A stretch of 64,000 nucleotides of DNA from Marsupella aquatica (Eukaryota; Plantae; Marchantiophyta), in assembly GCA_973895155.1 (NCBI GenBank), contig OZ316898.1:9948286-10012285 (forward strand), written 5' to 3'. Below the pieces are notes generated by a model. That model did no database searches and was not told the origin of the DNA. It was given only the letters and a program-made list of their open reading frames with translations. Both the position numbers and the translations under genes were made by a program. Each line of letters begins with the position of its first letter. The stretch's first letter is position 1. This document shows positions 11,290-21,942 of the stretch, piece after piece.

Positions 11290-13390
11290 CTGTGGATAGA
11301 GAATATACACATACTTTATACAGAAAAAGGCCAAATAGAGTACAAAAGAATAAACAAGAGAGGTCCCAAGTGGACAAAACCAAACGCAAAAGAAGTGAGC
11401 AAAAGGAAACCCTAAAAACCAAGAAAGAGGAACTAAAAGAAGTGAGCAAAAGGAAACCCCTAAAAACCAAGAAAGAGTAACTAAAACTACCGCAGATGGA
11501 CCGAGGTCCTCATCATACCTAGCAAATGTGGCTACAAGCTAGTGGTCTACATCAAGTGTCGAAACTAGATCGGCAAGTGGGACAGGAATGTCCTCTAGGG
11601 GGGCTAGCCGCTGCGGAGTCACACTAGCACCCACTGTCAGAGATCGACGATAGACGGCCCGAGCTTGAGCACGCTGTAAGGTGACTGAAATGCGTTGGCG
11701 AAAGTGCGTGGTCAAAACAGATAGCGGGGGCCCGGTGGGACCCATCCGGCCGTGAACATCCCGAGCAGCTTGGCGAAGAAGCCCGTCGAACTGATGATGA
11801 AGACGCCCAAATATCTCAAGAGCAAGGGGCAGGAAGCTATCAGATGAAGCTCGTGCAGCATATTTGGCCTCCTTCGTTTGTGCTGCTCGTGATGCTGCTG
11901 CCCCTGCCGTTGTTGCCGCTGTCCCAATGATGTCTTGGCGCAATGGGTTTGCCACCACTACATCTGCCAAAGTACGGTGACCGTCATGGACCATGGTAAG
12001 ATCCACCCATAACCGCTGTGATGGAGGACCAGGTAACTCGAGCACCACCTCCCGCCGCGCGCAGACCAAAGAGCCAGAGAGAACCTGAGCAGTCGCATCT
12101 CTCACAGCGTCGTGAACAAAAATGGTTTCGCCGCCCAAACTGCATCGAAGAAGATGGACACCTGTGGCATCACAAGGCTTCCCACAAGTGCAAGTAGGAG
12201 GTAAACCAGCAAGAAGTGGGTGGGGCAAGCCCATACGAAGACGCATGGCTGTCGCAAACTCCGCTGAAGACATCCGCAGGTGAGGAATGACTGGATTGGC
12301 CTGAAGCCAGCCTCCTGCGCCCTTCCCTCCGGAAGAAAGAATCCGAGCTCGGTCCGTGTCAGGTGCCTCGGTGAGGATGCTGGAGAGGGTGAAAGCGTGC
12401 ATACGCCCAGCAAGGTCTGCCTGAAGACGGACGGGGTCCAAGGATAAAAACTCCTGGAATGAAGGTAACGCAGCTCGAACAGGATCGGGTAATGATGACC
12501 GAGCCGTGCGCAAATGAACCTGAAATGGGAGGGAACCCTCCTCGACCTCCATGAGAGATGAAAGTAAAAAAGGTCGATCCTCAGTAAGGAAACGATCTGC
12601 CAACAATGAGAAGGCGGCCGCCCACGCGCCCAAGAAGGCCAAAGGTGCAAGGCGCTCAGTGGAAGTAAGCCCAAAACCACCGTGAGAAATAGGAAGACTG
12701 AGCTGTCGATGAAGCCACGGAGATGAGAGTAAAGTACCTGGCCCTAAAAGAGAGGCCAAAGTCTCACGAATGGAGACATCAAACGCTCGGAGGTGTAGAG
12801 AAAGATCCTCGGTAGGGGGATGTGTCCGAGCCAAATAGGACGCACGAGGGTGGATGCATCTCAATAACAACCCAAATGCTGCCTGAGAGTCTGCTAACTT
12901 AGGGAGCATAGGAGTAGGGGCTAAGGCAGCCTGGAGAGCGTCAGCAATGAAAGATGAGCAAAAGGAGGCGGTACCGACTGGGGAGCCAAGGACCCGAAGA
13001 CCGTCGGCAGGACGTAAGAACCCAGGGGGAAGCGCAAGATCAGAGGGTAACCCAGCTGGACTCCATGCACGACTCTTCACCGGCTGTACTCGTAAACCGA
13101 GGCCCAACAAATGGGTGGAAAGGGTGGCGAGGGCAGAAGTAACAGCAAAAGGTGGACCAATGATGTGGGTGTCATCTGAAAGGGAGGGGAAGATACACTG
13201 GGGGTGGGCCGCGGAGGCTTCTCGTAAAGCAGTAAAATGGGCAATGGCAAAAAGAGGCCCACCCAAAGGGTCACCCTGACGTGTACCTTCTGCAGAAGAA
13301 AGAGTGGTATACACTCCTGTAGAGGTGTGATGACTATAGAAGAGGGGGGCCTCACACCCATAAAAACAACGGACAAAGGGGATGGCTCAC
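11290..13390 (-). mobile_element. 5'-truncated RLE-type (CRE-like) non-LTR retrotransposon: RT C-half, CCHC zinc knuckle, restriction-like endonuclease
   Basis: The frame is open from ~13388 (AIPFVRCFYG..PLFY) into ORF 11539-13314. It contains GTRQGDPLGGPLF, SLSDD, VLGSPVG, QLSLPISHGGFGL, AGGWL, CTCG..HLLRC..HDAVRD, VDL...LADVVVANP...KEAKY...FLPLALEIFG. A ~47-bp duplication (11391-11487) lies in the 3' UTR. Confidence 0.8.
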
Positions 13391-15199
13391 TTGCCTGTCC
13401 AAGCACTGTGCTCTGTTATTGTCATTCCCTTGGAATAACTGGGATCAGAGATGAACCTCAATTCTCCATGTCAAAACCAGAGAATTTATTGCCTACAAAC
13501 CACCTACTTTATCAATGAGGTGTGCAACAAAGTACAAAATACCAGGAAAGAGGACCGAATCATTCTAGGGTGGTGGTCAACTGGAACTTCTTATGTTCGT
13601 TTCAGCGATTTTTGTCTACCTGTAAAGTTACTCGCAGGACCTTCAGATTCGCAATCACTTTTCAGGTCCTACTCTTCGCTTTCTCGTTATTGGATTTTTT
13701 TTTTGAAGAGACCTGAGAATCCATGCTGTTCTCTCAACTAGTTCTGAGGTCACATGCGCCTGTAGCTTTACATGATTGCTTTCTTTGGCCTTCAATGTGC
13801 TGACTTTCTCCAGTTTGTTTTCTTTGATTGTAATTGTAATAGCGTTCTAAACCTGGGCTCCCGTTGCTGCCTCTTGATGGGCTCTGTGCTCCTTTCTTCC
13901 TCCCTTGGTTCGCAAGATCATGCTCCCGATTTCATGAAAAGTAGACAAAACCCCTTGCAGATGGATTGAACGATTTGTTTTTACCACACATCTTGGCACC
14001 GTTATGAAGATGTGCGATTATAGAAGCCTAAGTCACAATTAAAGTGTGTACCCTATTGATCTGGAAGGAAGTTTTCTTGAGCTATGCGCCATGTACTTCC
14101 AAGTGGGCCATGTACTTCCAAGTGACCAGACTGATTTGTGATCACTCTTCTCTAAGGCGAATGTCCCCACGCCAAAAGGTAGTTTGGCAGGGAACATTCT
14201 TCAAGCTGTTCATGCATTTTGATATAAATGTTAGGTCTGTTCTAGACTTTGATGTAAACCTTCAGATTTAAATAAGTAAGGCTTTTCATGCATTTTGTCA
14301 ACTTTTAGAGAAAGTTTTGGTATTAGGGCCGTTTTCGTCGCAAAGTCCGAATGTATAAAAAAATCGAAGAATGATCAAAAGTTGAAAAGTGACAGCAAGG
14401 GCTTCACAACCACAGTAATGCTTCACAGCCAATTGGGATTGCTAAACAAATAATGTACCTCTCCGGCTCTTGCGTTCCTGTGTGTCGTCCTACTGTTCGG
14501 CCATGCAAAATGGGTATACAAATTAATTTGAGTTTTTTCTTGAAGTTGTGTAACACTTCTCACCTCATATGCATGAGCAGTTGGCTGGTGGTGGTCGTTG
14601 TTTGTTTAGTCCATTTGTAACGAAAGTGGTTTTCCCTTTTCCCCCTTTCTTCTGAAAGCAGCCTTGTAAAGGTCAACAGAATATGACAGGTAGTACCAAC
14701 TGCCATGGCTGTGGAAGAGCTAGCGGCATACCCAGAGAGATGGGATTTTCTAAGCTTGCATGGCATCAAATGAGTAAACAAGCTTTATTTTCACACAGAA
14801 CAACCGAGATCGCATCCAACCTTAGAGGTTTGGACGAGATCCATTTGAGCGAATAACTCTATCTACTGAAATGATCTTTTCGTATGATTTAGTATATTCT
14901 AGTAATTTTCTTGTAGTAGAGCGACATAACATAGAATCATGGTCATCAATATATCTTTATAAATTTACTCAAAGCAAAGCTTATTAGTGGATTAAAATAG
15001 ATCCTGAAGTAGATTTTCTGAGACCTAAAGAACGACTCAATTAAAAAAATTACTGGACGGTGTCAGCATCAGAGGTGTGGATGCCACAGCCACAGGAGAA
15101 ACAGGAGAAACAAACAGGGAAAAACACTTTTGAAAGGCACAGAACAAAGAATGAGACCGAGTGATTGTTGACGACTATGACTCGCCTTCCTTTGCGTGA

Positions 15200-15950
15200 C
15201 AGATCTAGATGCTTCTCCAAAGAAAATGTACCTATAGTGCATAAACTCAACTTTCCTTACCAAAACTGACTAAGCATGCACCTATGAACTTGTATCAAAT
15301 TCCCTTTCACAAAACTGACGCCTCAGGATTTGGACAGTGAAGACGTCCACGGTATTTGGGGACATTCTTTGCCAACAGTGCCTATCTGGATTGAAAGCTT
15401 TAGGTGTTTGTTAGGATACCATGTTAGATCCCTTGCAATAATTGTGACTTACCATGTCTAGGACAATGAATTGATTGGGATTTCTCAGTGGTTCTATCCG
15501 GAAGACGTGATTGATGGGGTTTTTCTTCTGTGTGGGCATGAGATCTTTGTGGCCATTTGGTTTCCGACGGAGCCAGATGAAATGACTGCTAAGGTGATTG
15601 AAGGCTGTCTGGCTTATACTCGCTGAAGAACAACATTGGAATGTATCAGCTCGACCTTGATTCTTTTGACCAGGAAGAGGTATCCTTAGGACCCCTTCAG
15701 GTGGCTGTAGGCGTAGGTGTGTACAACCAGCAGACCCTTCTTGCTTCCGATGCTGATTTTATATACTTTGGCCAGAGAATTCCCAGCAGTTCTGTGCTTG
15801 ATCCATACGTGATGGTGTGGCGCCCCTCACATATTCATTGCGTACTGTAATGCCGTTGGTGGTGTTCGTCTGCTGGGTAATCTGCCTGGATAGGGCTGTA
15901 AAATACGGCCACGCAAACAGGGCTACAAAATCCAATAGTAGCTGGGCAAG
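15200..15950 (+). pseudogene. Possible decayed F-box/kelch-like gene remnant (paralog at ~23140-23890)
   Basis: Fragments such as IVTYHV*DNE and IGMYQLDLDSFDQEEVSLGP...DADFIYFG loosely resemble bryophyte F-box/kelch C-termini. Many stops. Confidence 0.25.
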
Positions 15951-18389
15951 GCAGCGAATCTGTACATAGTTAGCAGGTAACTATATGTTCATTATTGTTC
16001 CCTGTTGGTTCTCTGAACTATTCCTGGTGTACGCTTGACATAGCACTTCATGGAGGATTGTGTTGGACAGTTAAATCAATTCAATTATCCATTCATGTCA
16101 TTCTTGTGCTCATGAGCATTTGTTGCTCGTGATCTGATCATTGTTTGCTGATCTTCATGTCAGTATCGTAGTCCTAGCTGCATCTAGCTCTTTCAATGTG
16201 AATAAGCATTCTGAGCAGCTCATAATGTCGTCAAAAAGTTAGCTCCCCAATCTAGGAGTAGTGTTTGACTCTGGTGGAAGTTGATTTCTCGTGCATTTTT
16301 TCCGACCAGATTGAAATTTGAGATATAGAGCTCAATTTGTAATCAATTTGTCATAAGCTAATAAGAGTTGGTCAGAAGGGTGTTGAATCAATGCATATCT
16401 CGCTCTTGAAGAGTAGTCCATACACAGAATTCTCTGTTCCATAAAGAACCAATCAAAACTTCCATCTGTAATACAGATCGTTCCCGGGGATTAGATTTAT
16501 GATACATGATTATTATCATGATTTCTTAACGATACTGGCGAGTGCTAAACAAATGTCGGCGTGAAACATTTCAGTCGCAAAGCAACATCATGATTCTGTT
16601 GTTGTCTTTGTGTGGGGTCGTGTCTTACCACATCAGTGCAACTGGGCCTTCTTGTCTTTTTTTGTTTCTCCGTCAAAGACGAAAAGAAGGCTCGCTGGAA
16701 CAACTGGCAAAAGTCACCTACTATCCAGCCAAGACCAAAGGCACGGGATTCTCATATCTTGCTCGACGTCATAGTTTTACAAAACACCACAAAATTACAA
16801 GATGCTACGAGACTTCACACAAGTAGATGTTTGAGTGTGTCCGAGTGAGCCCCAATGCGCTGAATGATGATGTTCAGAACAACGCTCTGGGTCCCGTGCT
16901 TGAATAAGCTGTTTCCATGATCAAATGCATCAAAGGAATAACGTACAATTGAATGGTACAAGGTCGGAATACAATCAACTTTGACACCCGGCCCACGCCT
17001 GCACATATGGTGATACAGGTCCAAGCTTTTTAGTCGCAGCGAGGGAATCGCATGTGACGATCGTGACTCAAGCTAGCTCTGGTTCATACGAACAATGTAC
17101 GAGTGCCGCAATTCAATTATGAATCCAACTGTGTCCGGTAACTGTAGAAGATCGTGTCATAATCCCGGTAAGTGTATATCTCCAATGCTACAGTTTGTAG
17201 CCCAAGTAGTCTGCGGGGGTCCCTCCGAAGTAGCCATCAACGTTGGACCTTGAGGATTTGTTTCGTAGAGCCGTTTCTGCATCTTCGCGGGCCCCTTCCA
17301 CATCATTCAACAAGAATTTGACATAACCACGGTGCTTCAGCCTGTCATGGTCGTTTGGTCCTAATTGTAATGCTTCATCCAAATCTGCCAGGGCGCCCAC
17401 CAGATCTCCCATTATTCTCTTCAGGACACCCCTCTCCTGTAAGAGAAACGTCCTGTCCCCATTCGGCATCGTGATTGCCGTGTTAGCATCGTCCAGTGCC
17501 CCTTGAAAGTCTCCAAATTCTGCCTTCACAAAAATTCTAGAACTGCCACCACAAATATGAAACTTAGTTAAATGCGTTTAATACCACCACATTTCAAGAA
17601 CAGCTATGTCATTAAAATGATCCAATGGAGCTAGTCTTGGAGGTCTCCACATGTACCGTAGAATCGACTGTTCGATTTCGCATTGATAAGAATCCGCCCT
17701 ATCTTGTAATCAAATGACATTTACATCCACAAACTCGTACCTTAAAGCCTGCTAGCCGAGCGAGATCAAAACACACCAGGAAAAAAGTCTCGTCGAAATT
17801 CTGGGAGTCTGAACTGTACGATGCGTTGAACCCCCGAATCCTTTCCCTACAGGTTATCTCTCTATCCAACGGAGCTTCTCAAGCCCACTACTTAGCCGGA
17901 ATGGTAGTATGGTACAGTATCTTACTATATGCATGACGACCTAATCTCATGGACGTTAACTAAGTTGAATCATGGCGTGTGGACATCTATTGCCCTTAGC
18001 TTGATTACGTACTACAGAATTCTTTTCTAGACAATAGCCACTTCGTTGGAAGATCAACTTCTTTACTTCTTTCTATGTGCATCGACCTTTATACAATGGA
18101 GAGTTTGGATATTAGTGATAGTGTCACGAACCTTAAAGCTCCGACATCAAGTGGTGCGGAGAGCAACCCCACTTCCTTAGCTACTGTCGGGTCGATTTGA
18201 AACAACGCTTCTACTGCTGAATTTCGAGTATCCGGAGGCACATCGTCTCCCACCAAGCTTGTGAGGGCCTGCACTAGACCTTCCGTTTGTTTCAGGATCT
18301 CCTTTGTAACTGAGGTGAGGGCTAGATTGAATGCCATTCCTGCTGCCCGTGCTTGTAAAACACGGTCGTCACGTTGTGACAAGCAATTC

Positions 18390-19110
18390 ACTAGGCCAAC
18401 CAGAGCCCCCTCCTCATTGGCGATTCTCAAGTTGCGAAACTCGTATCCTGAAGCGGCCAGATTTGCCAAAGCAACTGCTGCGTATGTTTGCAACTGATGG
18501 TGGCCATCCTTCGACAAGCAATTCACGAGGCCAACCAGAGCCCCCTCCTCATTGGCGATTCTTAACTTGAGAGACTCGTCTACTGAAGCGGCCAGATCTG
18601 CCAAAGCCCTTGCTGCGTATGCTTGCAATTCATGCTGGCCATCCTTTGACAAGCAATTCACGAGGCCAACCAGAGCCCCCTCCTCATTGGCGATTGTTAA
18701 CTTGAGAGAGTCGTCTACTGAAGCGGCCAGATTTGCCAAAGCCCTTCCTGCGTCTGTTTGCAACTCATGGTGGCTATCCTTTGTCAAGCAATTCACGAGG
18801 CCAACCAGAGCTCCCTCCTCATTGGCGATTCTTAACTTGAGAGACTCGTCTACTGAAGCTGCCATATCTGCCAAAGCGCTTGCTGCGTATGTTTGCAACT
18901 CATGTTGGCCATCCTTTGACAAGCAATTCACGAGGCCAACCAGAGCCACCTTCCGTTTGGCGATTTCTAACTTGAGAGACTTGTCTACTGAAGAGGCCAG
19001 ATTTGAAGAAACCATTACTGCGTCTGTGTGCAACTCATGGTGGCGATGCTTTGATAAGCAATTCACGAGGCCAACCAGAGCCCCTCCTCATTGGCGATTC
19101 TCAGCTTTAG
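18390..19110 (-). repeat. Coding tandem array of 135-bp (45-aa) armadillo repeats
   Basis: ccaaccagag recurs at 18396, 18531, 18666, 18801, 18936 and 19071. Unit consensus LVGLVNCLSKDGxHELQxxAAxALAxLAASVDESLKLRIANEEGA. Confidence 0.93.
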
Positions 19111-19324
19111 AGATTGATCGTGTGTGCCGGCTAGAGCTCCCAAAATCGTTGCTGACTCCGTTTGTAACAACCCATTGTTGTCACAATTCGACAAGCAAAT
19201 TCACTACGCCAAACCAGCTAGAGTCCCTTCCTCATTAGCTATTCTCAGCACAGAGTTATCTCCAAGACAAGCTAGATTTCGCCAAGCTGTTGCTGCGGCT
19301 AGTCGCACACTAGGCTTGGATTGC

Positions 19325-19684
19325 TGTGGTCGATCACAATGGAGCGAACAAAGGAAAACAAAACTTAACACACATCAATGGATTGAGGAGCAATTGTGTA
19401 CAGAATCACAATATTCTGTCTCCTTTACTTGAGGAACTTCGTATTCCCATAGAAGAAAGACTTCAAGGAGACGCACGAAAGATCTAACTTAAGTCCCCTC
19501 ATCACCAATGAGACGTTTAGAATTCAAAAGAAGCAGCTGAACGGAAAAACATTGAACTCTTAAGACAACGACACGCGGTGAGTGCAGACTTACACCCGCG
19601 GCATTTTACATATCTCAAATGCCAACTAGAAATGTCAGGACGATAGCAGTCGATCAGAGAGAAACGACAGAGCATTCTGTCACA
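19325..19684. mobile_element. Solo LTR (360 bp) inserted in the ARM exon of copy A
   Basis: Ends TGTG...CACA with a 5-bp TSD ATTGC (19320-19324 and 19685-19689). Copy B shows the empty site ggattgctgagacaatg at 26521. Confidence 0.8.
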
Positions 19685-21167
19685 ATTGCTGATACAAGCA
19701 CTTCAGAAGACCAGCTACTGTAGTATGCCCAGTTTATTTACAATTATATGTCCATTTTCCCCGTCTTCCGCGATTGCTAAGCCCATCAGAAAGAGTGCTG
19801 AATTTTCTGCAAATGCGTCCAACTTCCAAACGGGAACGGCCAGCGTCTGTACCAACACGTTGAGACAGGAGTGGAAACCCTCCTTCAGATTCAAAAGGTC
19901 GACTACAGCTGGCACAAAGCTGATTGTATGTTCGTTGAGCAGAGGCGTTTCTTCTATGGATGAAGTGTGAAAGATAACGTCGAGAGTGGCCAACTGTGCA
20001 GAAGGAGAAACGGCCAACTTCAGCAGGTTTGAAATGTTGTGGCTATCTCATCTGCCCAATGGTGTCAGTTGACCTGAGTGGGTTTGGGTTGCCATTTAAT
20101 ATTGCTCACAATTACAGTAAATCCTTCACTGCCACTTAAGTTGCGGACCGATGACCAGCTTCTCTGTAGCAACAGAAAATGGCACAAGTGTAAGGCCATT
20201 GCCTGGGGAGGCAAGAGTGGACCATCTTCTTCAAAGCAGAGGATTTGAGAGTGAGATGGGAGATCAGGTGCTGCAAAATGCAACAACTGCAGGTGGAGAA
20301 GCAGACGAGATCTGCGTACTTTTTTTGTGAAGCAAAATCTTGACATCGAGAAGACAATTTCTCGCGGTTTGGAATTGGAGCCGGAGCCGGAGACAATTAT
20401 GTTTCAGTCGGCCAGGGCAGGGCCTCTACCAATAAAGATCTTGGTGATGATTTCCAGGAAGCTATGGAAGCCTTAGGCATATATACTTGCCCATGTTGGT
20501 GCATGTGGACTTTATATTCACCTATTCATTCAATCTCTGTAATGTTAGCTCATTCCCTCTCTACTCTGTGGGCGCATTTGGGGACCTGTGTTCTAGTACT
20601 CATTCATTCTCTCTAGTGTTAGAATATTCTGTCTCGACAGGGTATGTGGGTCCCTGTGGACTTCAATATTTTATTTATTTATTCATTCTCATTATCCTTT
20701 TGCGCATTCACGCTGTTCTCCATTCCTTGTGGACTAAAAAATTGTTGGTTCATTTGTTCTCGTAATTTTTGCATTTTTGCATTTTCGCTCGTTGGCCTAT
20801 TGTTTGGGTTCAAGTGAACTCAAAATTCATGTAGAATTTCATTGTCCGTAGTCTTTTGACCGCTGTTGATGAAATGCAACGATTGATTCACAGTGGATAT
20901 GAAATTCATTCGTACATTGAATCATTTTCTTGGTAAGATTGTGTGTCTCTTGTCTCTTGTTTTATGACTTCCTCCTGATCTTCCATCAATTCTGGGGTTT
21001 TGGATGATACTCCTATATTGCTAGTCCCTCCATCTTACTGGGTCCCGTAGGGTAATTGTAACGTGCGAGCAAACAGTAAAAATTTTACTCGCACGAGAAA
21101 AAAAATTCTTGCATGACCCCTATTTTTTTACATCCAACTCCCTCGCTATCAACTACCTGCTTTGTAA

Positions 21168-21398
21168 CATCCCTTTTGGGTACTCCCCTTTCTGCTAGCT
21201 AGCTGGCTAGCCATCTGGAGTCTTTAAAAAAACACAAAAAACATGAAGGCACCAAAAAGCAAATGAAATTTGAAACCATTCGTTTCATCCCTTTTGGGGA
21301 CTCCCTTTTTTGCTAGCAAGCTCGCTAGCCATTTGGAGTCTTTAATAAAACACAAAAAATATGGAGGCACCAAAATGCAAATGAAATTTGAAACCATT
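21168..21398. repeat. ~119-bp direct duplication inside a copy-A-specific insert (~21048-21530)
   Basis: catcccttttggg..ctccc...gctagccat..ggagtcttta...gaaatttgaaaccatt occurs twice. Related sequence lies at ~33453-33610. Confidence 0.65.
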
Positions 21399-21629
21399 AG
21401 TGTCTGGCTAATAACATTCTTCTCGCTATCAAAATCTCCTGTTTGCTTGCAACATAGAATGTCTCCGGTACCCTCACAGTAAATTCATTGATTCTCTGAA
21501 TTTGGCGTCCTGAAATCATATCCATGACTATTTAGGAACATAGCCTACCGCTGTCGTCATTTGATAGTTGGTGCTTGCAGCAACTGGACATCTGTTCTGC
21601 AGGTATTTCATTTTGTGTGAAAGGAGATT

Positions 21630-21942
21630 TGGTACAAGCTAGCCAGACCAATTTCTGTATCGAGGCATCATGAATGCACTGGGAAGGAACCCTGAGGAGA
21701 AGTTTCTGGAGCTTAAAGATGAGGGCATGGTACCAACTTACCGAGAACTTGTGGTTACTTATGTGCTTTCACACATTCCCGAGGCTTTGGACGTACATGC
21801 GAAGATGGTGGGGGATTGTGGTGATGGTCGTTTATCCCTCAAGTCTATAGATATTGGTAAGGAGAAAGAGGCTGTGAGGAGAAATCTGCAGAGGAAAGAT
21901 GCAGTGAAGCTAAGAGCTCAACTGAACAAGAGGAAGCAGTGA
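21630..21942 (+). pseudogene. Possible decayed P-type PPR fragment (paralog ~33615-33790)
   Basis: YRGIMNALGRN..EEKFLELKDEGMVP resembles a PPR motif. Short and disrupted. Confidence 0.25.

Larger units (their letters stand above)
17188..20048 (-). pseudogene. Truncated paralog of the NB-ARC-ARM-TPR gene (ARM exon remnant ~20048-18132; TPR exon 17536-17188)
   Basis: Homologous to exons 3-4 of 25187-29842, with the same phase-2 GT-AG intron (18131-17537). Lacks the N-terminal and NB-ARC exons. Also has a ~31-codon deletion near 19860, a solo LTR insertion and frameshifts at ~19080-19215. Confidence 0.82.

Noticed and set aside
11270-13410. Target-site duplication around the RLE element
   Set aside because: Only loose similarity (tcattgctgt vs tcacttgcctgt), not an exact direct repeat.
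18552-19238. 228-aa plus-strand repetitive ORF
   Set aside because: It is the antisense shadow of the ARM repeat array.
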